DNA of 64,000 nucleotides. It comes from a virus. Taxonomy: Duplodnaviria; Caudoviricetes. The translations under genes were made by a program, and so were the position numbers. The notes beneath the pieces were generated by a model. It was not told the DNA's origin, did no database searches, and worked only from the letters and a program-made list of their open reading frames with translations. Position 1 is the stretch's first letter; each line of letters opens with the position of its first letter. Shown piece by piece: positions 16,253 to 25,258 of this stretch. Location of the stretch: positions 128,001 through 192,000 of the IMG/VR virus record IMGVR_UViG_3300037312_000330; one strand, written 5' to 3'.

Positions 16253-17275
16253 GTGATCAGTTTGAAACAGGTCTACAACCCGAAGCACTACGACAACTTG
16301 TTGGATCACATCAGAGCATGTGCCAGTAAGACCCAGAGGCAGGCTGTAGCCTACCTCGAAGGTAACGTCGTCGAGTACCTGAACAAGAAGATTGAGAAAG
16401 CATCAGGTGCGGAAAAGAAGTTCTTCGAGAAAACGCACAACTTGGTAACATCGTACCGCGACGGACTGCAGAACGGAGACATCGAAGTCCGAGAACTACG
16501 TGCGCTCCGTTCCGACATGGTGAAGACCAAAGCGGAGTATGAACAGAAGCTTGTGCAAGCTGCCGCGCAAGCAGAAGCGAAGCGTCGCAAGGAAGCTGAA
16601 CGAGCTGGGGTCAAGGTAGAAGTGGCCGCCCCGACTGGAAAGAAGGACGACAACTTCACAGCGCCAGATTGGTTCGACGAGTGGGTCAAGAATGGTGAAG
16701 AAGAGGGCTTCGATCACGGTGAAGACGCTGCGCGAGTGATGCGCAAGTACGCGAAGTTCCGAAAGGAGCTACCGAAACGAACGAACAAGCCTTACGTCTC
16801 AGTGCGGGTTCCGGTAGTGGCTGTTCCGAAAGCTGGCAGCATACCGAACGAAGCCAAGTTGGCACGTAGTGGTCTGTGCGAAGACACACTCTTTGGATAT
16901 CCAGTGATCAAGAATCAGGTCTTGATCGGTCTTAGCAACGAATGGCTGATGGAGAACTACAGCCAGAAGGTCAAGAACTCACAATCCTTGATGAAGGATC
17001 CAGAGAAGGACAAGGACTTCAAGCTCGATTACGCGAAGGCTCTTGACAAGATCCTCGAGGATATCAAGATCAAAACTGGACGCAGATTCTTGTTCTTGGG
17101 AAGTGTCCACGCGTTCCACAGTGTAGATTTGCATTGGGCATGGGCCATCAGTGAGATGGACATGAAACGCCTAGAGGGCACTCTGTCAGGACTGACTACC
17201 TTCTCTATCCAAGATTGGACCCTGCCGTTCCCGGACACCATCCAGAAACTGCGTCCACGCTCAGTGCGGAGATAA
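16253..17275 (+). CDS. Hypothetical protein
   Basis: 340-aa ORF, phage-like codon usage. Confidence 0.8.
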   Translation: MISLKQVYNPKHYDNLLDHIRACASKTQRQAVAYLEGNVVEYLNKKIEKASGAEKKFFEKTHNLVTSYRDGLQNGDIEVRELRALRSDMVKTKAEYEQKLVQAAAQAEAKRRKEAERAGVKVEVAAPTGKKDDNFTAPDWFDEWVKNGEEEGFDHGEDAARVMRKYAKFRKELPKRTNKPYVSVRVPVVAVPKAGSIPNEAKLARSGLCEDTLFGYPVIKNQVLIGLSNEWLMENYSQKVKNSQSLMKDPEKDKDFKLDYAKALDKILEDIKIKTGRRFLFLGSVHAFHSVDLHWAWAISEMDMKRLEGTLSGLTTFSIQDWTLPFPDTIQKLRPRSVRR

Positions 17276-17277
17276 GT

Positions 17278-17691
17278 ATGTATCAATACTTCGCAGTGCC
17301 AACGCAAGATTCGTTGGAACGTTTGAAAGAAATCTTCAGCAGCAGTCCAGTTCCGATCGACTTCGATAAGATCGTAGTTAGGCTTGGATCTTCACAGCAG
17401 CAATCGACAACTCGTCGTGCGTACAGAGCCCAGATAACTTGGTTCGGTCACCACTACAACCAGGAGTTGGAGTACACCGAATTGGTCGGTATGCTGGACA
17501 GTCCTGAGATGACGGAACGCCATGGCGAACTTGATGGTTCGTATGACGGAGACTTCGAACCCATGGTGATCTTCCAATCACCGGCGACGCCGTTGGCGCA
17601 AACGAACAAGTTCTTTCTCAACTCTGTGGCGAACACTTTGGTTTCCAGAGAGGATCCATTCACTTTTGTAGAACGTGTCCTGTCCTCTTGA
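17278..17691 (+). CDS. Hypothetical protein
   Basis: Start moved to ATG just after the previous stop. Confidence 0.7.
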   Translation: MYQYFAVPTQDSLERLKEIFSSSPVPIDFDKIVVRLGSSQQQSTTRRAYRAQITWFGHHYNQELEYTELVGMLDSPEMTERHGELDGSYDGDFEPMVIFQSPATPLAQTNKFFLNSVANTLVSREDPFTFVERVLSS

Positions 17692-17702
17692 GGAGGGGTC
17701 CA

Positions 17703-18158
17703 ATGGCGGACAAGGACATACCAATAACTAGACACATCAAACGGGAGTGCTGCTGGGTGTGTAGACGACCATTCGGTCACCAACTTTTGCATGAGGATCA
17801 TCACGTGATCCCCTGTGCATATGGTGGAGTGGATGGACCACAAGTCCGAATCTGCTCAGATCACCACACAGGTCTGCACACCATCGCGCTCCGTCTTTAT
17901 AGTGGCAAACCTTACTTCGAGCTCTTATCACCAGACGATACATACTCAAATGAACGCCTACTCTATCTGGCATCAGTAGCGTACAATGCCAGACTCGCGG
18001 TCGAAAACGACCCGAACAAGAAGCGCGTGCTTGTCCTGTCGCTAAAAGGAGACACATGGGACAAGCTAACGCAGCTTAAGACCGTGTACGGAAAGATGGG
18101 TCGGGAACGTCTCGTCGAAGTCGCCGTACAGCAACTCTTCAACAAACATTTTCGGTGA
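17703..18158 (+). CDS. HNH nuclease fused to a ribbon-helix-helix-like C-terminal domain
   Basis: CWVC...HHVIP..GG...ICSDHHTGLH; C-terminal RVLVLSL..DTWDKL...GRERLVEVAVQQLF. Confidence 0.7.
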   Translation: MADKDIPITRHIKRECCWVCRRPFGHQLLHEDHHVIPCAYGGVDGPQVRICSDHHTGLHTIALRLYSGKPYFELLSPDDTYSNERLLYLASVAYNARLAVENDPNKKRVLVLSLKGDTWDKLTQLKTVYGKMGRERLVEVAVQQLFNKHFR

Positions 18159-18186
18159 AAACCAATACCACCGCCGAGGGCAGTAA

Positions 18187-18906
18187 ATGCTTAAGAAGAA
18201 TAAGGTCATCCCGATTGCGAAGGCGTCAATCGGCTTGAAGTGTGGAGATTGTCTGCACTTCAAACGCAATGCGAAGTTTGAGAAGAAATGCTCAGAACTT
18301 GGGGTCAAGCACTTCGCGGTTGCACCAGCTTGTTATAGTCCGGACCCCTACATTCTGTCGGCGCAAGCGCCAGACACGTTGTATCGGTTAGGTCTACTGC
18401 TCACCAACTTCAGTGCCAAGGAAGCTCGCGTCTTCATGGCTATCTTGAAGCAGAGTGGTTCACTCGAGAAGCACTACAAGCTGAAGTTTGGCCAGCCTGT
18501 TTTCTTCAGGATCGGAAACGATTACCTGTCCAACTACTTCCGAGGTTTCGTCCTTGGCATCGCCGAAGAAGGTGACGCTCAGGTTTACGTAACTTCGGAC
18601 ATGGAGAAGAAGCAACGAAAACAACCAGTGATCGCAACTCTGCTGCGCGATTCCGTGTTCACGGTATCGGAGTTCAAGAAAAAGAAGCAGCAACTACTGG
18701 ACGACAACAGGAAGCAGGATCCCAATCCTCTGTTCGCTATTCAGAAGATCAAAACCAAGATGGACGAGCTCTATGTTCCTCAGTCATTAGACTCCGCACC
18801 TCCGGAGTGGTTCGACAAGGTGGAAAAGAAACGCCCGAAGTTTAAGAACCGGATCAAGGAAGAGGCTGACGGCACTCTTTCCTTCAAGATCAAACGGGCT
18901 GCCTGA
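18187..18906 (+). CDS. Hypothetical protein (N-terminal CGDCLHF Zn motif)
   Basis: 239-aa ORF. Confidence 0.8.
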   Translation: MLKKNKVIPIAKASIGLKCGDCLHFKRNAKFEKKCSELGVKHFAVAPACYSPDPYILSAQAPDTLYRLGLLLTNFSAKEARVFMAILKQSGSLEKHYKLKFGQPVFFRIGNDYLSNYFRGFVLGIAEEGDAQVYVTSDMEKKQRKQPVIATLLRDSVFTVSEFKKKKQQLLDDNRKQDPNPLFAIQKIKTKMDELYVPQSLDSAPPEWFDKVEKKRPKFKNRIKEEADGTLSFKIKRAA

Positions 18907-18939
18907 CACACACCAAGAACCAGACTGAGGAGCGAGCTG

Positions 18940-20061
18940 ATGAGCATTAACACACTGTCTTCCCTGTACGCGTTCTTCGACCCCGACTTCACTTTGCTGC
19001 CCAAGCCTGCGAAGATCGAGATCCTGTCGAGTACGCTTCTCTACGTGTTCCGGCTGTGCCCAGCCAAGGAACTAACGCAGACGATCCAAACGCATCTTGG
19101 CTGGACAGGCCAGGAAGGGATCGACTTCCGGAAGCAGTTGGCGTCTAGCGGTGACGTCAACAAGTGTATGAAGTTCTACATCTACGAAAAGGTGGTGAAT
19201 GGTGGTCAAGTCGACCACAAAAAATACAACGTAAGTGAGGCAGACGCAGACTTCATCAAGAAACTTCTGAAGCTGAAGAACGCGAATGTGCTGTACCTGA
19301 TCAAAGGGCTGCTCACGTATGGAAAGGAGGCTCCGCCTCGATGCATGGAGGAGTTCAACTCTGGCATCGTGCGGGTGTATCCAGAACTGGAGTTGTCCAC
19401 AGACAAGTACATCAGCAAGAAGTTCCGTTGGCTGGAAACAGCTGGTCAGAACGAGCGCGAGAACCTCCGCGCTGACATGATGATGTTTGCGATGTACGCA
19501 ATCTATCGCGCGTATCCTCACATCACTAACTTGCGTCACATGCGCAACATTGGTATCCGTGCGATCCACAATCGAGGCGTTAACATCCTCAAGGAGCAGA
19601 GCACACAGAAACGTAAACGCATGGTTCAGAACGAAGATGGTACCTTCAGTGGTGTGGTCCTGTCGATCGACCATCGCGGCTTCAATGCCGTGCAGACAGT
19701 CGACTATGGGACAGGCGGCAGCATCAGCGTATGCAACCACATGATGAGCGGCCTGGACGGCAAGTCCGTCGAGTACGAACGTCCAACAGATGTGGATAGG
19801 AAGCGTGACCTCAAGAGGACGGTCGAGCAACTTACGGTTCGCGTCAAGGGTGTCCAACCCAAGACGTTCATGTCGCTTCTCATGGGAGAGCACAACGTGG
19901 AGTTCTCGAAGTTTCTTGGTCAACCGAATGATGAGGCCGTAGACACCATGCCACGTGAAGAGTATGCTGAGCGTGTCAGGGAGTTCCTCAAAGTACCGGA
20001 GGAAAAGGCGCGGGCGTTTGTCAAGGCGCTTCGCAAGGAGTTGGCAGAATTCCGAAACTAA
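18940..20061 (+). CDS. Hypothetical protein, possible divergent sigma70-family factor
   Basis: ENLRADMMMFAMYAIYRAY...IRAIHNRGVNILKEQSTQKRKR resembles sigma region 2; ORF itself certain, function tentative. Confidence 0.4.
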   Translation: MSINTLSSLYAFFDPDFTLLPKPAKIEILSSTLLYVFRLCPAKELTQTIQTHLGWTGQEGIDFRKQLASSGDVNKCMKFYIYEKVVNGGQVDHKKYNVSEADADFIKKLLKLKNANVLYLIKGLLTYGKEAPPRCMEEFNSGIVRVYPELELSTDKYISKKFRWLETAGQNERENLRADMMMFAMYAIYRAYPHITNLRHMRNIGIRAIHNRGVNILKEQSTQKRKRMVQNEDGTFSGVVLSIDHRGFNAVQTVDYGTGGSISVCNHMMSGLDGKSVEYERPTDVDRKRDLKRTVEQLTVRVKGVQPKTFMSLLMGEHNVEFSKFLGQPNDEAVDTMPREEYAERVREFLKVPEEKARAFVKALRKELAEFRN

Positions 20062-20091
20062 AAACGAACTCCAAGACAACCAGAGGCTACC

Positions 20092-20280
20092 ATGCGTAGG
20101 ACCAAGTGTGACACGTGCGGAGGGTCAGGCGCTGTCGACAATGACAGCGACGAGGACCCGACACCGATGCAAGTGCAATCGACTCGACGTAGTCAGTGCC
20201 CGGATTGCCTAGGTACTGGACACGACCTGTCGCATTTCGCTGACGAGGAACGCCCTCGTCGTGTGAGAGGAGAACTATAG
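20092..20280 (+). CDS. Small DnaJ-type zinc-finger protein
   Basis: CDTCGGSG ... CPDCLGTG. Confidence 0.7.
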   Translation: MRRTKCDTCGGSGAVDNDSDEDPTPMQVQSTRRSQCPDCLGTGHDLSHFADEERPRRVRGEL

Positions 20281-20361
20281 TGGATGAACTGCAACGGAGC
20301 ATGGCTGCTCGTAGATCAGAAGCCCGATGGGGATTCCAGCCACTTTCTTGGAGAGACATAG

Positions 20362-20586
20362 ATGAAGATGTATCCGTATCAGCAGCGCGCGGCACGCTGG
20401 CTGATGGAACAACAGGATGTGTACTACACACTCCCTGTGGTGAACCCATCGGTGATTCACACCCCTCGCGAAATAGCAGTCGGTCCCCCGACTGCCGCGA
20501 TGGGAAAGGCCACCAATGGGAATCTTCAGATTCAACCGCGCCGAACGGCGCAGACAGACAGCACGGCTGAAAGCCAAGCGTCGTAA
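20362..20586 (+). CDS. Hypothetical protein
   Basis: RBS GGAG; overlaps next gene by 71 nt. Confidence 0.4.
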   Translation: MKMYPYQQRAARWLMEQQDVYYTLPVVNPSVIHTPREIAVGPPTAAMGKATNGNLQIQPRRTAQTDSTAESQAS

Positions 20587-20821
20587 CTATTGGGGATACG
20601 GCTCTACCCGTTGGGTGGATGGTCCGATGGAACCCAAGCAACTTGGTAGTGTCGTCCAGAACCCGCAGAATTGCTCGTGCATGGGATGTGGTAACGCGCG
20701 TCGCTACTTTGGCCGTCCTCTGTCAGAAGTGTGTGAACTTGTGGCTTTGGATGAACAACTGCGAGAGATCGCAGGACAAACAGAGATCGGAGTACCTCAT
20801 AGTCCGAAGATCGATTGGTAA
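20516..20821 (+). CDS. Small basic protein with CSCxxCGN motif
   Basis: RAERRRQTARLKAKRR...CSCMGCGNARRYFG. Confidence 0.7.
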   Translation: MGIFRFNRAERRRQTARLKAKRRNYWGYGSTRWVDGPMEPKQLGSVVQNPQNCSCMGCGNARRYFGRPLSEVCELVALDEQLREIAGQTEIGVPHSPKIDW

Positions 20822-20824
20822 TAC

Positions 20825-20873
20825 GGAGGTGACCATGTCAGTGCTTATTCATTAGTAACTGACAGGAGGTCAC
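20825..20873 (+). promoter_or_regulatory. Six-codon uORF inside a hairpin that sequesters the downstream RBS
   Basis: GGAGGT-GACC-ATG TCA GTG CTT ATT CAT TAG; GTGACC/GGTCAC and TGTCAGT/ACTGACA stems. Confidence 0.55.
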
Positions 20874-20875
20874 AC

Positions 20876-21046
20876 ATGATCCGAGAGAAGGGCTATTACA
20901 AGCGGTTCGTCAAGGTCGGGCCAGGAGGCATCAACTGCGGTTGCTGCTTCCCGCAGACCAATCCCGCTCGTAAGAGTCTCCTGCGCGCTCTCAAGCCGCA
21001 GGAACGACGCCACGTTCAGCGCCTCATCAAGGAGGAGCTGGAATGA
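20876..21046 (+). CDS. Small basic protein (56 aa, not in ORF track)
   Basis: Perfect GGAGGT RBS; MIREKGYYKRFVKVGPGGINCGCCFP... Confidence 0.7.
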   Translation: MIREKGYYKRFVKVGPGGINCGCCFPQTNPARKSLLRALKPQERRHVQRLIKEELE

Positions 21047-21372
21047 GCCGAACTTATCGCCGCATGCGCGGCAACCAATGGTGGCACAACAACATTGTCA
21101 AGCGTTGGACGGACGATCCGGAGTACGGTGGCCGACGCCGCACCCCTAAGGTCGAGAATTTCGAACTGACGATGGAGAAGGAGCTCGCCCGTTATCACAG
21201 CGACGCTGGATGGGCGATGAACAACCCGAGTTGGTGGGTTCTCCAAGAGATGACAGTGCCACAAAGACAAGAAGTGCGGCGACTGATTCACAAAGTGTTC
21301 CGTCTGCCGATGGAAGACGTAGCGGAACTGATGTTCCCGCTGGCGAAGAAGCCGCACGAGTACTATTGGTGA
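21043..21372 (+). CDS. Small basic Trp-rich protein
   Basis: MSRTYRR...; RBS GGAGG; ATGA coupling. Confidence 0.75.
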   Translation: MSRTYRRMRGNQWWHNNIVKRWTDDPEYGGRRRTPKVENFELTMEKELARYHSDAGWAMNNPSWWVLQEMTVPQRQEVRRLIHKVFRLPMEDVAELMFPLAKKPHEYYW

Positions 21373-21378
21373 TCATTT

Positions 21379-21401
21379 GGGAGGGCCTTCGGGCCCTTCC
21401 C
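21379..21401 (+). terminator. Hairpin terminator with UUCG loop
   Basis: GGGAGGGCC-TTCG-GGCCCTTCCC. Confidence 0.7.
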
Positions 21402-21408
21402 TCTTACA

Positions 21409-22083
21409 ATGAACGAATTCTTCACTCCAATCTTCAACTTCGATCTTCCTCTGACGGACCTCGTGTGTCTCAAGGACATAGTCTATGGTCATCTGCTTAG
21501 TCGACACGGAGACCTAATCGACTACCGTAAGTTCATGAACCAGCACGGTCCTGTGGGATACGATAGTCCTGCTCGCGACTGGTACTCGGTAGTGTTCAGC
21601 CGCAAGAATAATTTCGGCGGCTCGGAGTTCGTTGCTGACTTCATAAGCAAGGTGCAGCGTCGCATCCAAGAGTCCGGTCTACCAACGTTCGCAGGAGACT
21701 ACCTACAGATCCACGTCACCAACACACGAGGGGACAGTTCCCACGTTATCGTTCCGCCACACCGGGATGTAAATAGGATGGCAGGGCTGAACTTTTCCGT
21801 GTGGAACACATCCGGCTCCGCTACCACTTTCTGGGAGGACTTCAGAGTCAAAAGTGGGCAGATCACAGTGCAGGAGTCGCTTGCTCCGGAGTCAGAATTC
21901 CTCGTCCAGCGTGCAGCGATAGAGTATGGCCCATCGTCTGCGTACCTGATCGATGCAACCCAACTACATGGAGTGCGAACCGCTCCATCAAACGTGCCAC
22001 GATTCGTGGCCGCTTACGCATTCCGCCGCGAGGGACAAAGCGTCCCATATGCGGAACTTGCACCCTTGATCCGCTATCCTTAA
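21409..22083 (+). CDS. Putative 2OG-Fe(II) oxygenase-fold protein
   Basis: PPHRD (HxD), AGLNF, QLHGV (distal His), RFVAAY (2OG-binding Arg). Confidence 0.6.
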   Translation: MNEFFTPIFNFDLPLTDLVCLKDIVYGHLLSRHGDLIDYRKFMNQHGPVGYDSPARDWYSVVFSRKNNFGGSEFVADFISKVQRRIQESGLPTFAGDYLQIHVTNTRGDSSHVIVPPHRDVNRMAGLNFSVWNTSGSATTFWEDFRVKSGQITVQESLAPESEFLVQRAAIEYGPSSAYLIDATQLHGVRTAPSNVPRFVAAYAFRREGQSVPYAELAPLIRYP

Positions 22084-22099
22084 CCACATCTGCAACAAT

Positions 22100-22462
22100 A
22101 TGTCCAACGAACAACCGCAGTCCTTGACAATCAAACAGCAGATGGAGCGTGGGCGATGCATTGCCCGTCTCTATATAGCCGCTCAACACCTGAGCGAAAC
22201 AGCCAGCATTGCAGCCTTGGAATTGCTGGATACTGCCACTCAATGGGAACAGAGAGGATTCTACCAGGAGATGGCGAAGTCTCCGTATCCGGTCCGTTGT
22301 CGTGAGAGTCGCGGTCCGCTGGATCCAGCCCCAGCTTTCTTGCACATCATCCGGCACAAGTTCCACAGCAACGATTCGGCTGAACGCATCAAGGCCATGA
22401 CCACGCCACCGTGGTTGCGTGCGGACGAACCGCAGACGACCACTGCGGATGCCAAACTTTGA
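22100..22462 (+). CDS. Hypothetical protein
   Basis: ORF track. Confidence 0.65.
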   Translation: MSNEQPQSLTIKQQMERGRCIARLYIAAQHLSETASIAALELLDTATQWEQRGFYQEMAKSPYPVRCRESRGPLDPAPAFLHIIRHKFHSNDSAERIKAMTTPPWLRADEPQTTTADAKL

Positions 22463-22495
22463 ATCTTCTGGTTCGTGCCCTTAAGGACTGAAAAA

Positions 22496-23035
22496 ATGAA
22501 TTACGGCAACTACGACACCGAAGGAATCCTCGACAAACCGGGATTGACTGGCTACTACATGGAGAAGCTCCGCAAGGGCGAGGACTTTCGCTTCTGTGGG
22601 CAACACGCCAAACTCGCAGCTCAGAAACTGCTTGAAGCCGATCAAGCGTTTAAGCTGCGGAACTACCGCACCCTCGATCCGATGAAGACTCCCAAGTTGA
22701 CGCCTGAAGAGGAGGAGGCAGCGATCCAGAAGGCCATCGAGCGAATCCCTTCCAAATACACGCGTTCCAACGTGTTCCATGCTGTTCGCAGGCATCTGTT
22801 GCCGAGGAACGCATCTCTAGGTGAGTACGTGACGGTCCCGTACTGGTTCATGCAAGGGTGGTGTCAAGTGGGTGGGTTCGTCGTCCGTATCGTGGATAAG
22901 GAAGATGGACGTGCTCTCATCATTCGACTGCGAGACAGTTGGAACAGCTTTACCCCGGATGAAGGCAACGGCTTCGGCTGGAGGTACGTGACCCTTTGGA
23001 TGCACAATGGTAGTGCAGCGTCGGGATTCTGCTGA
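22496..23035 (+). CDS. Hypothetical protein
   Basis: RBS AAGGA before ATG 22496. Confidence 0.7.
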   Translation: MNYGNYDTEGILDKPGLTGYYMEKLRKGEDFRFCGQHAKLAAQKLLEADQAFKLRNYRTLDPMKTPKLTPEEEEAAIQKAIERIPSKYTRSNVFHAVRRHLLPRNASLGEYVTVPYWFMQGWCQVGGFVVRIVDKEDGRALIIRLRDSWNSFTPDEGNGFGWRYVTLWMHNGSAASGFC

Positions 23036-23044
23036 AAGACGAGA

Positions 23045-23251
23045 ATGACCACACTACATACCTGCATTGGTTCTATCGTTCTGGTCATAGTATTTGCTGT
23101 GACCGCTGGTCTCTTACAAGACTTCAACTTACCTAGCACATCACTGGCGTGTGTCGCTATGTCAATCATGTTTGCGTTCATCGCATTCGTATCAGCTCTC
23201 GAGCATGGAGATAGAGATAGAGATAGATTCAGTTGTATGAAGAGGAAATGA
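23045..23251 (+). CDS. Small membrane protein (2 TM)
   Basis: Two hydrophobic stretches. Confidence 0.6.
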   Translation: MTTLHTCIGSIVLVIVFAVTAGLLQDFNLPSTSLACVAMSIMFAFIAFVSALEHGDRDRDRFSCMKRK

Positions 23252-23252
23252 A

Positions 23253-24110
23253 ATGAGAATCGTTTCCAACTTCAAAGATTATTACGATGTCCTGCAGGAT
23301 CCTACTGACAAGGACCTAACATATGTCCGGATGAAGAAGCTTCTGACGCCGGAAGACCCGGTTTCAAGAGAGTTGCTTCTGTACAGATTCGAGGTTCCTG
23401 AGACATTTGAGTGGAGACACCATCGTAAGATGGGACAAGACCTAGCCGATCGTGTATCCAGAGAATGGAACGGACAGATTGTGCCGACATACGAGGATCC
23501 ACGTGTAGGTCATGGATACTATCCCAGCTACTCACGTTTCCAGTCGGTAGTGGTGTTGTTCTGTGGAAAGCTCTACACAGGCATCCGCTACAACGAACGC
23601 TGGCGCGGTCTAGCAGGTAGATCGGACGCGACTTTCTTCGCAACCACAGACGGCATGGTCAGTAAAGTCTATTGGAATGCACAGTCCTTTGCTGGTGACT
23701 TCCATCAAGTGAGTCGCAATGGTAAGCCCATTACGGATCCATCCCAACTACGTTCCGGAAACACCACGCTCTCACGACTTAACCAGCAGTCGAACAGAAC
23801 GTTGATGGATCTTCATTTCAAGACAGGGTGTCCGGTGCTCGCCCTGGAAAAGGAACCCGAACCCAAACTTGGTGCTAGTGGTCAACGTCGTCGTGAGATA
23901 GTGGCCGCTTTGAATCCGAATCTGCGCGATCTGCAGTTCTTCCGAATCGTGGATGTAAACATCGCCTTCCAGGAGCTTTCTATGTTCCTTGGTGGTGTTC
24001 TCGCCAACAACGACAGGCCTGAACCTGTGGACAACAAGTACAAGATCCTGGCACACGGATTCGATCTCAAGGAGTCCTTCCGAAAAGGACCGACGAAGGA
24101 ACACAGATGA
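23253..24110 (+). CDS. Conserved phage hypothetical protein
   Basis: MRIVSNFKDYYD N-terminus; AFQELSMFLGGVL...AHGFDLKESFRK C-terminus. Confidence 0.75.
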   Translation: MRIVSNFKDYYDVLQDPTDKDLTYVRMKKLLTPEDPVSRELLLYRFEVPETFEWRHHRKMGQDLADRVSREWNGQIVPTYEDPRVGHGYYPSYSRFQSVVVLFCGKLYTGIRYNERWRGLAGRSDATFFATTDGMVSKVYWNAQSFAGDFHQVSRNGKPITDPSQLRSGNTTLSRLNQQSNRTLMDLHFKTGCPVLALEKEPEPKLGASGQRRREIVAALNPNLRDLQFFRIVDVNIAFQELSMFLGGVLANNDRPEPVDNKYKILAHGFDLKESFRKGPTKEHR

Positions 24111-24295
24111 AAAGTCTCCTGACGTTCACCATTGTGTGCAGCGGAATGGCATTCCTCTTTGGTATGCTCGGATTCGCAGACCAAAGCAGTGCTTCTGTCA
24201 TGTTCAAAATCCTCTTTGGCGCCACTCTGGCGGTGGCATTTATCAGTGCCTTCGCTTGGATCTTTCTGGTAGTTAAGAGTGAGGAGCACAGATGA
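24107..24295 (+). CDS. Small membrane protein, DUF1328-like
   Basis: LFGMLGF...MFKILF between two TM helices. Confidence 0.55.
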   Translation: MKSLLTFTIVCSGMAFLFGMLGFADQSSASVMFKILFGATLAVAFISAFAWIFLVVKSEEHR

Positions 24296-24414
24296 AACTT
24301 CTCACAGATCTAGGGTTTGGCAAGGTCTTGGTTACTATCCAGAACGCAGATTGGGAAATCGAAGAAGCGTTGAACAACATGCGGAATAAAGCGAAAGAAG
24401 CAAATGTCAAGTAA
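24292..24414 (+). CDS. Small hypothetical protein (40 aa)
   Basis: RBS GAGGAG; ATGA coupling. Confidence 0.5.
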   Translation: MKLLTDLGFGKVLVTIQNADWEIEEALNNMRNKAKEANVK

Positions 24415-24979
24415 AGAATCTGTCTTCTTCATCACGGCGTTCGACGACTCTTGGCTGGAGCGCAAACGCGCGTTCACCGGCAAGCGACCTGGACATCCAT
24501 TCATCGAACCGGTGACTGACCGCGATGATTGCGAAGGTAAGGTACGTATTGCACGCATCCGTGACGACGGAGTGAAGCTCTACTACAATGGTCCAAACAT
24601 CGGCTCGTGGTTCCGAGCTGGTGGCAACATTATGGAACGAGAGAAAGCCGAGAAACGTCTCGAGATGCTAGAGTGGGCGGCTGGTCCTTATGGATACTAT
24701 GGTCACACCCATGATCGTTGCTTCATGATGCAGGATACACTAGAACAAGCGGTGAATTCTGTGATCAACAACTCCGGCGACATGCACGAGTTCCTATACA
24801 CTTGGATCGTGATTCAAGAATGTGGACCTAACGTCGACGGTTTCGAGAACGACGGTCAGACTTGGTTCAAATGGGAATATAGTTCCGCCTCGGAACATGC
24901 ACCATACGGAGGTCATTGGGTGCGGGCGGATCGTCCAGAAGAGACCAAACACATTCTGGCATTCACTCCTGTAGGATAA
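24404..24979 (+). CDS. Hypothetical protein
   Basis: 191-aa ORF. Confidence 0.75.
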   Translation: MSSKESVFFITAFDDSWLERKRAFTGKRPGHPFIEPVTDRDDCEGKVRIARIRDDGVKLYYNGPNIGSWFRAGGNIMEREKAEKRLEMLEWAAGPYGYYGHTHDRCFMMQDTLEQAVNSVINNSGDMHEFLYTWIVIQECGPNVDGFENDGQTWFKWEYSSASEHAPYGGHWVRADRPEETKHILAFTPVG

Positions 24980-24985
24980 TCTACG

Positions 24986-25258
24986 ATGAAGCACATTAAG
25001 TCTGCTGGATTGTTCTTCATTAAGCTGCTCGTGTACTTTGGTTTGATGGAAACATGGTGTCTGTTGTGGGTGTATTGGCCTCTGTTCAAGAGGGAACACC
25101 CGTGGAAACGGAATTGGCCCACCAGACCAATGCCGTTTATCAATTGGTGCGAGCATGCAACACCGACGCTTCTCGAACTGTCTGGTTGTCTATTCGCTTC
25201 CACTCTTAGTGTATTGATAGTTCTTGTCATTCTAACATATAGACACGCCTATGGGTGA
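24986..25258 (+). CDS. Small membrane protein
   Basis: Two hydrophobic segments. Confidence 0.6.
   Translation: MKHIKSAGLFFIKLLVYFGLMETWCLLWVYWPLFKREHPWKRNWPTRPMPFINWCEHATPTLLELSGCLFASTLSVLIVLVILTYRHAYG

Noticed and set aside
20362-20412. MYPYQQRAARWL as a helicase Q-motif
   Set aside because: No other helicase motif in this 74-aa ORF; too short to support
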